A DNA stretch of 64,000 nt from an uncultured Flavobacteriales bacterium (GTDB lineage Bacteria; Pseudomonadota; Alphaproteobacteria; UBA8366; CAVOAK01): positions 6 to 64,005 of the forward strand of contig CAYQNO010000002.1 of assembly GCA_964419045.1 (NCBI GenBank), in the 5' to 3' direction. The notes below the pieces were generated by a model. It was not told where the DNA came from. It saw only the letters and a list, made by a program, of their open reading frames with translations, and ran no database searches. Within the stretch, counting starts at the first letter, position 1. The number at the start of each line of letters is the position of its first letter. Below are positions 34,579 through 43,923 of the stretch, in pieces. The translations under genes and the position numbers were made by a program.

Positions 34579-36435
34579 ATGCGTTTGGAGAAAAGGCAGT
34601 CAAAAATTTTTAATCGACGCATGGCACTGATTGCGGGTGGTAAGGCAGTATTATTTGGAGCTCTTGTAAGCCGATTATATTATTTACAAGTAATTGAGTC
34701 CGACCACTATCGCGTGTTAGCGGACGAGAACAGAATCAACCTGTTAATTTTGCCACCGCTGCGCGGTTCGATAGTCGACCGTGGCAATACACCACTTGCA
34801 ATAAACACAAATAACTATCGTGCTGTAATAGTCCCCGAGCAGACGCACAGTATTGATGAGTCTCTTTCTAGGTTGCGTCAACTGATTTCCCTGTCAGAAA
34901 TTGATATAGGTCGAGTGCAAAGCAGTTTGTACTATCGCCGCAGTTTCTTGCCTATAATGGTGAGAGACAACCTTACTTGGGAAGAAGTTAGTCGTGTTGA
35001 GGTGAATGCGCCTAATCTGCCAGGTATCAACATCGTGGTTGGACAATCGCGCTATTATCCACATGGCCAATCCATTGCGCATGTTCTGGGATACGTGGCC
35101 GCTGTTTCAGCGGAAGAACTCAATGGTGATCCATTGCTAGGGTTACCGGAGTTTCGTGTTGGAAAGAACGGTATCGAAAAACAGTATGAATCCGTGTTAC
35201 GTGGTGTTGCGGGTAACAGCCATGTAGAGGTCAATGCGCTTGGTCGAGTTATCCGTGAACTCAGGCGTAACGACGGACGTGCCGGCCAGAATGTGAAGCT
35301 GACGCTCGACCTCAACCTCCAGCGATATGTTTCAAAGCGTATAGAGGGTGAACGTAGTGCTTCAGTGGTAGTTCTCGATGTTCATAATGGCGAAATACTT
35401 GCAATGGCGTCGACGCCAAGTTTTGATCCTAATGCATTTAACGACGGCCTTAGCCCTCAGGCTTGGGATGCTCTGAAGAGTAACCCTGACTCCCCGCTGG
35501 TTAATAAGGCTGTCGCTGGGCAGTATGCACCAGGTTCTACCTTCAAGCCAATTGTCGCAATGGCAGCACTTGAGGCCGGGATATCTGGTAATAGGCGCGT
35601 GAAATGTGAGGGACATATAGAACTGGGTGGACGTAAGTTCCACTGTTGGCATGAGAAAGGACACGGATATGTGGCGTTGCGCAGGGCGATTCGTGAATCT
35701 TGCGACGTTTGGTTTTATGAGGTGGCACACGAGCTTGGTGTTGATCGAATCGCAAAGATGGCCAAGCGATTTGGCCTAGGCTCGCGTATGGGCATTGATC
35801 TCCTAGGTGAACAGCCTGGCTTGGTGCCAACACGCAAGTGGAAACGTACAGCATTAAATTCGGGTTGGCTCGGTGGTGAGACATTAGTAACAGGGATAGG
35901 CCAAGGATACTTGTTGACGACACCGCTGCAACTCGCCGCAATGACTGCACAGCTAGTGAATGGTGGTAATGTGGTGCGTCCAAACCTCCTCTATAACCCT
36001 GAACCTAAAGCTAAGTCCGAATTAGGTAATATCTCTTCCTCTCTTGGTCTTTCGGATGTTTCGCTCAAGTTCATGATGCGTGCACTCTCTGACGTCGTTA
36101 ACTCGCCGAGCGGGACAGCACATAGTTCACGTATTGGGGAAATTAAATGGGCCATGGGTGGTAAAACCGGGACTTCGCAGGTCCGGCGTATCACCGAGTT
36201 AGAGCGTGAACAAGGAAAATACAAGAAAGTAACTCGTCCTTGGAAGGATCGCGATCATGCGTTGTTCGTTGGATTTGCTCCGGTCAATCACCCCCGGTTT
36301 GCTATTTCCGTTGTTGTTGAACATGGCGGCGGCGGCGCTGTCGTGGCAGCACCTATCGCTCGTGATGTTATGCTAGAATTGCAGCTCCATGGTGTCCCAA
36401 GTAGCGAACCCGCAGCACGTATGGATTCAGTATAG
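34579..36435 (+). CDS. mrdA: Penicillin-binding protein 2
   Basis: PGSTFK, SCD and GKTGTSQ motifs. Start set to MRLEK. Confidence 0.96.
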   Translation: MRLEKRQSKIFNRRMALIAGGKAVLFGALVSRLYYLQVIESDHYRVLADENRINLLILPPLRGSIVDRGNTPLAINTNNYRAVIVPEQTHSIDESLSRLRQLISLSEIDIGRVQSSLYYRRSFLPIMVRDNLTWEEVSRVEVNAPNLPGINIVVGQSRYYPHGQSIAHVLGYVAAVSAEELNGDPLLGLPEFRVGKNGIEKQYESVLRGVAGNSHVEVNALGRVIRELRRNDGRAGQNVKLTLDLNLQRYVSKRIEGERSASVVVLDVHNGEILAMASTPSFDPNAFNDGLSPQAWDALKSNPDSPLVNKAVAGQYAPGSTFKPIVAMAALEAGISGNRRVKCEGHIELGGRKFHCWHEKGHGYVALRRAIRESCDVWFYEVAHELGVDRIAKMAKRFGLGSRMGIDLLGEQPGLVPTRKWKRTALNSGWLGGETLVTGIGQGYLLTTPLQLAAMTAQLVNGGNVVRPNLLYNPEPKAKSELGNISSSLGLSDVSLKFMMRALSDVVNSPSGTAHSSRIGEIKWAMGGKTGTSQVRRITELEREQGKYKKVTRPWKDRDHALFVGFAPVNHPRFAISVVVEHGGGGAVVAAPIARDVMLELQLHGVPSSEPAARMDSV

Positions 36436-36471
36436 GCAAAAGATGTATTCAATCTTGAGGTTCATACTGTA

Positions 36472-37617
36472 ATGACGATTCGGCACAAATTTGCAGTGCC
36501 TCCTATGACTCTTGCCCAGAAGTTGTGGCAATTCAACTGGGTCGTATTAGTCCTTATTGTGATGGTTGCGAGTGTCGGGTTTGTGATGTTGGTCTCTGCT
36601 GCTAACGGAAATTTCGAGCCGTGGGCATCTCGCCAAATTATGCGTTTTGGCGTCGGTTTATTGGTGATGCTAATAATAGCGTTGGTTGATATTCGAATAT
36701 GGCTAAAATATTCGTACCTAATCTATGGGCTGATATTTTGTCTGTTGGGCGCCGTGGAAGTGATTGGAACGAGCGGGATGGGTGCGCGACGATGGCTTGA
36801 CCTTGGATTACTGCAGATCCAGCCATCTGAGCTTATGAAGGTAGCCCTCGTGCTCGCGCTTGCCAGATATTTTAATGATGTAACTTATGAAAATATTGGT
36901 CGTCCAACCTATCTTCTAATACCACTATTGTTAGTGGTTATGCCGGCACTTCTAATGCTGCGCCAACCTGACCTCGGTACTTCTGCAATGTTAGTGTTGG
37001 GTAGTGCCGTGCTGTTTTTCGCTGCTGGCGTACGAATCTGGAAGTTCATACTGGTGTTGTGTGCCGGTCTAGCGTCCATCCCGCTTGTCTGGTCTCTGTT
37101 ACATGAATACCAACAACAACGCATTCTTACGTTCTTCGATCCCGAACGGGATCCACTCGGTGCAGGCTATCATATCCTACAGTCAAAAATTGCCCTCGGT
37201 TCTGGAAATATTTTTGGCAAAGGATTTCTCGGTGGCACACAGAGTCACTTAAATTTTCTTCCAGAAAAACAAACCGATTTTATCTTCACCATGCTGGCCG
37301 AAGAATTTGGAATTGTGGGGGCTATAAGTCTGTTGAGCCTTTACATGATATTAATTGGTTATGGATTGGCAATTTCGTGGCTCTCGCGTAACCAATTTTC
37401 GAGGCTTCTGGGGCTTGGTGTCACAGTCACATTATTCCTCTATGTCTTTAGCAATATAGCTATGGTGACGGGACTAATCCCTGTGGTGGGGGTGCCTCTG
37501 CCACTAGTATCCTACGGTGGAACGGCGTTACTTACTGTAATGATTGGCTTTGGCTTTTTAATGTGTATCCATATCCATCGAGATATTATGATTAGCCGCT
37601 ACAATTTGGATATCTAG
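36472..37617 (+). CDS. rodA: SEDS glycosyltransferase RodA
   Basis: QPSELMK, QPDLGT, LPEKQTDFIF and LPLVSYGG motifs. Confidence 0.97.
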   Translation: MTIRHKFAVPPMTLAQKLWQFNWVVLVLIVMVASVGFVMLVSAANGNFEPWASRQIMRFGVGLLVMLIIALVDIRIWLKYSYLIYGLIFCLLGAVEVIGTSGMGARRWLDLGLLQIQPSELMKVALVLALARYFNDVTYENIGRPTYLLIPLLLVVMPALLMLRQPDLGTSAMLVLGSAVLFFAAGVRIWKFILVLCAGLASIPLVWSLLHEYQQQRILTFFDPERDPLGAGYHILQSKIALGSGNIFGKGFLGGTQSHLNFLPEKQTDFIFTMLAEEFGIVGAISLLSLYMILIGYGLAISWLSRNQFSRLLGLGVTVTLFLYVFSNIAMVTGLIPVVGVPLPLVSYGGTALLTVMIGFGFLMCIHIHRDIMISRYNLDI

Positions 37618-37750
37618 TCCGAAAATAAAATTACCTACGGAAACCCATTCCCAAATTTTACCAGGGAACGTTTCCATCGACAAAATTGCGATGCTTTGCT
37701 ATACGCGATAGATCCTATAGCGGATATCATTAGTAAGGATTACCCTTTGC

Positions 37751-37826
<76 letters not shown>

Positions 37827-38008
37827 GCAAATCGTTCCTTGATCGCGTGTTGCGATCGCTAAGAAGGCCGCAAACGCGAGATGGGCGCCGCTGGCTGTCG
37901 CGGCCGTGCCGGCTCTACTCGGCAGCTCGGCTCTTCGGGTGCAACGATGTGCAACTACAATTGCGGCGGCACGGGGGGTGGCGCTTTGCCTCGCCGTGGA
38001 GCGTTCGC

Positions 38009-38440
38009 CTATTCGCTGCGTTGCAGATAGTTCACAATATTCTTGTGCGCCATCTTCCAGCCGTCGCTGGTCCGAACCATCTTGTTGTCCTGTCGGCCGG
38101 TAAACCAAGGGCTGAACGACGAAAGTGTCGTCGGCAGCATGTCTGTTTTTTCCTGGCGATAGACGGTGGCGTAGAGCACGGCGTCCGCATGATCTTCGTC
38201 GACTACATTGACGACGATGTTCTGGACCATGTGTTGGATGTGCTTTGACGGCATTCCCTTGCGCATGCTCTCGCAAATCGCGTCGCGGCCATGCGTCTCC
38301 ATATCGCCGGCTGTCCAATATCCGTCCTCAGTGTACATCTTGACGGCTTCTTCATACCTGCCTGCGTCGATGTAGATATAGAACTCGGTCAGCACCTTGA
38401 TGCAGTCCCACTCGATTGCTCGTTCCTGATCTCGATTCAT
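38009..38440 (-). CDS. NTF2/SnoaL-like domain protein
   Basis: 143 aa with D.G.YEE...YTEDG.W, H.VQNIVV and terminal GWK; GGGAGG RBS. Confidence 0.82.
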   Translation of the reverse strand: MNRDQERAIEWDCIKVLTEFYIYIDAGRYEEAVKMYTEDGYWTAGDMETHGRDAICESMRKGMPSKHIQHMVQNIVVNVVDEDHADAVLYATVYRQEKTDMLPTTLSSFSPWFTGRQDNKMVRTSDGWKMAHKNIVNYLQRSE

Positions 38441-38560
38441 AGCCAGACCTCCCGTTGAATTAGATTTATGACCGGAATAGGTGCCACGGCATGGTTGTTG
38501 TCAATGCAGCACAGTGAATTGCCGGGGAGTTTGGTAACCGTTCGGTGTGCTGCTGTCGAT

Positions 38561-39595
38561 CTATTTCCAAACCTGTCGCGCAACGCGCAGCCAATTCTCG
38601 CCCAGGATGCCGCGGATATCAGTCTCGCTGTAGCCGCGGCCGATCAACGCTTCGGTGAGAGGTGGCAACCCTTCCGGCTCGACATATTTGATATCCTCGT
38701 GCCGGGGTGCCTCGGATTTTCCACCCGAAGCCTGCAGATATCCATCGTCGTGTCCTGTGTGTTTAAAACCTGCCGCCGGAGGTGCATTTGTTACTCCGAA
38801 TGTTGGTACGTAGTCGAGGCCGAGCCCAATATGCTCGGGGCCGACCAGTTCGGCGATGTGGTCGATGTGCCGGACAAGTCCTTCCGGAGAGTTGTCGTTC
38901 TCGCCGATGTAGGTGCCGGTTCCGGCGACACCGATGACGCCGCCGGACTTCGCGCAGCCCTGAATCTGGTCGTCGCGGAGGTTGCGCGGATGGTTCCACA
39001 GCGCCGCCGCATTCGAGTGCGAAAAAATCACCGGGTCCTTCGACAGTCCAAGGATATCCATGGTTGTCTGGTATTTCGAATGCGTGGTGTCGACGATCAT
39101 GCCGACGCGGTTCATCTCCTCCACCAGCTTTCCGCCATACTGGCTCAGTCCGCCACCATCGTTTTCGACATTGTTGTCGCCTTCTACGGCCCCAAGGTTG
39201 AAGAATATGCAGTGGTGTACGCCGAGCCTGTAGTAATCCTCTACTTCGGCGACGTCGATTCTGCTCGGGCAGGATTTGAAGTGGAAGCACACTGCCAGCT
39301 TTCCCTCACGTTTGGCCTCGATCACGTCTTCGGCGGAGTCGAAGAGGACGAACTTATCAGCATGCTCTTCGAGCAGGGCGCGCTCCTGGGCGAGCATCGG
39401 GAGCGGGTCCTCGCGCCCATCCCATTCGGACGACAGCGCCAGGGAGATCAGGTCGTAGCCGCTGTCGACTGCCCTGGAGAGCAGTTCAAGTTTGCGGTCG
39501 GTGGGGACAGAGTGCTTCCAGACAGTCGTCATATCCCAGATCAGTGCGTCTCGGTGAAGCGCCGCTGCCTCATCAGAAATGTTCCAAGTGTTCAT
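38561..39595 (-). CDS. Membrane dipeptidase family (M19) protein, paralog 1
   Basis: EMNRVGMIVD.TH, FSHSN, HPRNL.DDQI and G.GLD motifs. Start set to MNTWN. Confidence 0.88.
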   Translation of the reverse strand: MNTWNISDEAAALHRDALIWDMTTVWKHSVPTDRKLELLSRAVDSGYDLISLALSSEWDGREDPLPMLAQERALLEEHADKFVLFDSAEDVIEAKREGKLAVCFHFKSCPSRIDVAEVEDYYRLGVHHCIFFNLGAVEGDNNVENDGGGLSQYGGKLVEEMNRVGMIVDTTHSKYQTTMDILGLSKDPVIFSHSNAAALWNHPRNLRDDQIQGCAKSGGVIGVAGTGTYIGENDNSPEGLVRHIDHIAELVGPEHIGLGLDYVPTFGVTNAPPAAGFKHTGHDDGYLQASGGKSEAPRHEDIKYVEPEGLPPLTEALIGRGYSETDIRGILGENWLRVARQVWK

Positions 39596-39984
39596 CCATG
39601 TGCTCCATCGATAGCTGGCTCTGGACACCGCCGGTCTACAATCTGGACGGTGGATTTGGAGAATTTAATCATAAATGTCGCTGGTACAATCTAAATATGG
39701 TGGGTGCGTTAGGGATTATAGAAGCAGCGGTCGCGCATTTTTTTGTCCGCATTATCTAAACAGATGTCTTAATGCTGCCATCAGCTTAAGGGGAGCTGAT
39801 CAGTGCGGCCTACCCCCGGGGCCTTTCGTTGACTGAAATCAGCTGCTGAAACGTTAGTTTTGGTATAGAATGCCTCCAAGAATTTTCGATTTAGCTTCTA
39901 ATCAACAAGGCGGTGGGTGGTCTGCTAACAAAAGTTGATGGTGCGGCTTCCAAATATTTGAATTAATGACAGGGGATTCCACCG

Positions 39985-40182
39985 ATGGACAACATACTTA
40001 CGCGGCATTTGCGTGAGGCCGACGAGGCATATTTCGAGCATATGGTCTTCGCCATGCGGTTCGGCGTGTGGGGATTGATTTCTGGCGCAGCAGCAGTCAT
40101 CCACGCGGTGTTTCCATTTCTACTGGTAACTGCATCAAGCCGAGCTTACCAGCGAATGGTGGCCATGCTGGAGCACCGTTGA
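39985..40182 (+). CDS. Small hypothetical protein, DUF6356-like
   Basis: HL....E.YFEHM.FA...HAVFPFL..T.AS pattern; AGGGGA RBS. Confidence 0.7.
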   Translation: MDNILTRHLREADEAYFEHMVFAMRFGVWGLISGAAAVIHAVFPFLLVTASSRAYQRMVAMLEHR

Positions 40183-40264
40183 ACGGTGCGGGCTGGCCGC
40201 TGCACTGGCGTACTTGTACTGGTGTCCCGCCTCCGCTACACGATGAGCGGGTTGCTTGCGAAGC

Positions 40265-40337
40265 GTCCGCTTTGGGTCATAAGCGGACCATTATCTTGAG
40301 GTGCGGATATGTCTGCTTACCTACCGAAAGCAGTCAT
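40265..40337. repeat. Double-hairpin REP/MITE-like palindromic element
   Basis: GTCCGCTTT-GGGTC-ATAAGCGGAC followed by ATGTCTGCTT-ACCTACCG-AAAGCAGTCAT. Confidence 0.7.
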
Positions 40338-40351
40338 CTGAAATGCGCTGC

Positions 40352-41035
40352 TCAGCGAAACATCGCCAAGTTTCGCTGCCCCAATTCTAGTTCGCGCTCA
40401 TGCCAGCACGCACGAAAAACCGGGCGGTCATGACATCGCGAAAGCCAATCCGCGATTTGCCGGTGTTTTTCCAAAAGCAAGGGCGTGTCCTTTGCGTATC
40501 GGGTTGTCTCAGCCACAATAATGTCGGCGGCTGTAAATCGTTCGCCAATGATATAGGTCCTGTCGCGGAGATGTCGGCTAAGAACCTCAAATTGTCGATC
40601 CAGAAGTGTCGTTGACCGGCGTATCCATGCCGCCCAATCATACTCTGGCTCCTCATTTGCAATCAAAACAGCGGACAACGGCTCAATATCCGCAGCCGCA
40701 AAAAACGACCAACGAACAAACGCTTGTTTTTCTTTCTCATCACTTGGTCCAAACCCGCCGCCATAGGCATTTGCCAGATAGAGATTAATTGCAAAGGAGT
40801 CTGACAACAGCATCTCACCGTCGCGCAGAACCGGCACTGCCCGTGCCGGTAATATGTCGTTAAACTCGGTTGACTGGGTATTTACCGGTGCTGATGGATG
40901 CAGCGGGTCCTTTAGGTGCAAGGATGGTTCAATCGCAACATGCTTGAACGGAATTCCAATTTCCTTCATCAACCAATAACCTCTAAACGCTCGTGATTGC
41001 AAAGCACCGTATAGCGTCAACAATTGATTGCCCAT
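40352..41035 (-). CDS. Glutathione S-transferase family protein
   Basis: LYG..SRAFR, VPVLRDG..LSDSFAI..YL and GERFTAADI motifs. Confidence 0.9.
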   Translation of the reverse strand: MGNQLLTLYGALQSRAFRGYWLMKEIGIPFKHVAIEPSLHLKDPLHPSAPVNTQSTEFNDILPARAVPVLRDGEMLLSDSFAINLYLANAYGGGFGPSDEKEKQAFVRWSFFAAADIEPLSAVLIANEEPEYDWAAWIRRSTTLLDRQFEVLSRHLRDRTYIIGERFTAADIIVAETTRYAKDTPLLLEKHRQIADWLSRCHDRPVFRACWHERELELGQRNLAMFR

Positions 41036-41290
41036 TTGACCTGCCCCCCCGGATTTAAATTACTACAACCTTATTTGATGCCGTACTCCATTAAGAAATC
41101 TTTCAAATCAGACCTACTGTTAGTATATGCATCTTGATTGAATTTAGTGCAGAGTTTCACATGTGGTGCGAGGGAAAATTCATTATGTGCTACACTCCGA
41201 CTCATACAGCGTGCCGACGGTGGAGACTTTGATAGACCGGTTTAAGAAGAGCCGCCGCTTCGGCAGCAACCAGAAGCAAGGTTGACTCTA

Positions 41291-42388
41291 ATGGCCGAAT
41301 GGAATGTATCGACTGAAGCCGCTCGGCTCCACAAAGATGCGCATGTCTGGGACATGATGTTGCCTTGGGGGTATCAGGACGACTCAGAGAAAAAACACCT
41401 AATGGTCGAAAGTGCAGCGGGGCACGGCTACACTTTGGCATCTCTCACTGTCTCGGTTGACTGGCACGGTTTGGAAGGCGCGATAAAGGCCATCGCTGGC
41501 GAACGCGCGTATTTTCTTGCCAACCCAGACAAATTCGTCCTTGTAGACCGGTTCGCGGATATTGAATCAGCCAAGCGCGACGGCAAGCTTGCGATTGTCT
41601 TCCATTTCCAGGGTACGAATCCCGTCGAGAGCGATCTGAACATGGTGGAGACTTATTATAAACTCGGCGTTCGCCACATGCTGATGGCCTACAACATCAA
41701 AAATGTAGTTGGCGACGGCGGAATGGAGCGTACTGACGTCGGGCTCTCCCGCTTCGGCGTGGCGTTGATAGAGGAAATGAACCGCGTCGGCATGATCGTT
41801 GATGCAACCCACACCGGCTATCGCACGACGATGGATATGTTCGAGGTCTCGAAAGACCCGATTATCTTCTCGCACTCGAACCCGTGCGCACTGTGGGATC
41901 ATCCCCGCAACATCAAGGATGATCAGATTAAGGCTTGCGCTAAATCGGGCGGCGTCATTTGCATCAACGGTGTAGGCGTTTTCCTTGGTAATAACGTGGC
42001 TTCGCCGGAAACCGTACTTAAACATATTGTCTACGTAGCCGAGTTGGTGGGCGCTAAACATGTGGGAATCGGCACTGACTGCGAGGCTAACGAATCTCCG
42101 CGGGGCGATTTTGAGCCCATGCCGGCAACACCCGTCGATCCGGAGGTGGCGGCGAAGTCCACCCTTTTTGGCGGCATATTCAACAGGCAGGACCTACACC
42201 AGGCGGCATATCTCCATGCGTCGGGCGGTCAGTCAATTGGGCCAGACTGGCAATGGGTTCGGCACTTTGAACCGTTGGATATGCCCTATCTGACCGAAGC
42301 CATGCTCGATCATGGTTTCAGCGAGATGGAGGTGCGAGGCATCCTTGGTGAGAACATCATGCGGATTGCCAAACAGGTATGGAAATAG
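41291..42388 (+). CDS. Membrane dipeptidase family (M19) protein, paralog 2
   Basis: AYN, EMNRVGMIVDATH, FSHSN, HPRNIKDDQI and GIGTD motifs. Confidence 0.9.
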   Translation: MAEWNVSTEAARLHKDAHVWDMMLPWGYQDDSEKKHLMVESAAGHGYTLASLTVSVDWHGLEGAIKAIAGERAYFLANPDKFVLVDRFADIESAKRDGKLAIVFHFQGTNPVESDLNMVETYYKLGVRHMLMAYNIKNVVGDGGMERTDVGLSRFGVALIEEMNRVGMIVDATHTGYRTTMDMFEVSKDPIIFSHSNPCALWDHPRNIKDDQIKACAKSGGVICINGVGVFLGNNVASPETVLKHIVYVAELVGAKHVGIGTDCEANESPRGDFEPMPATPVDPEVAAKSTLFGGIFNRQDLHQAAYLHASGGQSIGPDWQWVRHFEPLDMPYLTEAMLDHGFSEMEVRGILGENIMRIAKQVWK

Positions 42389-42429
42389 TCATAAAATGCG
42401 CTGTTTACTGCAATCCGTAGTACGACGAA

Positions 42430-42474
42430 CTGGCTCTTAATCAGAGATACTAGCTTTTTTAATCCTAGTGTGCC
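42430..42474 (+). repeat. Degenerate direct repeat of the tRNA-Lys 3' half (att scar)
   Basis: CTGGCTCTTAATCAG matches 37778-37792 at 14/15 and AATCCTAGTGTGCC matches 37808-37821 at 12/14. Spacers are 16 and 15 nt. Confidence 0.8.
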
Positions 42475-42586
42475 GAACATTTTTCAAGAACTTAAGTTGG
42501 TATTGTAAAGGTGTTCTTGCAGCCTTGGTAGGGTATGGGGTAACAAAGGGAGCGGCGAACGCCAAATCATAGAGAGTTATCCGGCC

Positions 42587-43744
42587 ATGATCTCCTGCCA
42601 GCGCCATCTTTTTGACATTCCCGACGATGTCTCTTTTTTCAACTGTTCTGGGCTTGCGCCAATTCTTAAGAGCTCCCGTGACGTGGGTTTGGTCAGTGTG
42701 ACGAAAAAGGCGCAGCCGTGGCGCGTTGGACGGGCGGAGCGCATCGAGGAACCGGATCGTTTACGAGCACTTTTTGCCGACCTGGTCGGTGCAACGCCAC
42801 AAGATATAGCCCTAATCCCGGCGGCAAGCTACGGCATTGCCACTGCGGCGATAAATCTTCCAGTCAAGGCAGGCCAACGTATCGTCGTCTTGCAAGATCA
42901 ATACCCGAACAATGTGCTGCCGTGGATTCAGAAACGCGTCCGCGATGGCGCCGAGCTGGAATTTGTCACGCGTCCGGACGATGATGATTTGACGGCTGGT
43001 GTTCTCGCAAAGATCGATGAACGGACAGCGATTGCTGCACTACCCCATTGCTTTTGGGCTGATGGAACTCTGATCGATCTCGCCGCAGTTGGCCGACGGT
43101 GCCGTGAAGTTGGCGCAGCGCTGGTTGTCGACGCCACCCAGTCGGTTGGTGCCTTACCGTTCGATGTCGCTGAAATTCGCCCCGACTTTCTGATTGTTGC
43201 TGGATACAAGTGGCTGTTCTGTCCCTATACATTGGGCTTTCTCTACGTGGCTCCAGAACACCAGGACGGCGTTCCGCTCGAGCACACCTGGAGAGGCAAC
43301 ATGATGGAGGGATGGGGTGTCGATTGGTTGGAGGGGCATTTGGAGTACCCCGATATATTGCAGCCGGGTGTTGGCCGCTTCAACATGGGTGAATCCGATA
43401 ACTTTGTCTCGGTACCCATGGCTATTAGCGCTCTAGAGCAAGTACATGCCTGGAAGGTCGGCGATATCAATTCCAGTCTTCGCCGTATAACCGAAACTAT
43501 AATCGAGCGCACAAGAAATCTTGGATTGGTTCCACCTGGCGCGGACCATCGGGCTGGTCATATGACTGGCTTTCGCCTCGCTCCCGGGATTGACCATGAC
43601 GACTTCGAGGGCATTCAGCAACGCCTCGCTGCGAAACAAATCTATCTCAGCATTCGCGGAAATTATCTACGTATTGCACCCCATCTGCATGTCAACGATG
43701 ATGACATCGATCGACTGATCTCCGCGTTGACAGACGAGATCTAA
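42587..43744 (+). CDS. Aminotransferase class V-fold PLP-dependent enzyme
   Basis: VVDATQSVGA, GYKWL (PLP lysine) and LRIAPHLHV motifs. No Cys near the C-terminal desulfurase persulfide position. Confidence 0.9.
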   Translation: MISCQRHLFDIPDDVSFFNCSGLAPILKSSRDVGLVSVTKKAQPWRVGRAERIEEPDRLRALFADLVGATPQDIALIPAASYGIATAAINLPVKAGQRIVVLQDQYPNNVLPWIQKRVRDGAELEFVTRPDDDDLTAGVLAKIDERTAIAALPHCFWADGTLIDLAAVGRRCREVGAALVVDATQSVGALPFDVAEIRPDFLIVAGYKWLFCPYTLGFLYVAPEHQDGVPLEHTWRGNMMEGWGVDWLEGHLEYPDILQPGVGRFNMGESDNFVSVPMAISALEQVHAWKVGDINSSLRRITETIIERTRNLGLVPPGADHRAGHMTGFRLAPGIDHDDFEGIQQRLAAKQIYLSIRGNYLRIAPHLHVNDDDIDRLISALTDEI

Positions 43745-43923
43745 ATTGCTGATTCTTTATGCTGAATGACGATACTGGTAGTCTCTCAGTAGCCATAGGA
43801 CCGAATGAAATGGTGCCTCGTCGCCGTGTTGATTTCTACGGTGGCGATAAAGAAGAGTATTCAACTGTGAATACATCCGAAGCTCTTCGCCTTAAATGAT
43901 TAGATCGGGAGAATTGTAGGGCT

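Noticed and set aside
38468-39694. 408 aa ORF antisense to dipeptidase 1
   Set aside because: Shadow frame of a GC-rich gene with no recognisable motifs.
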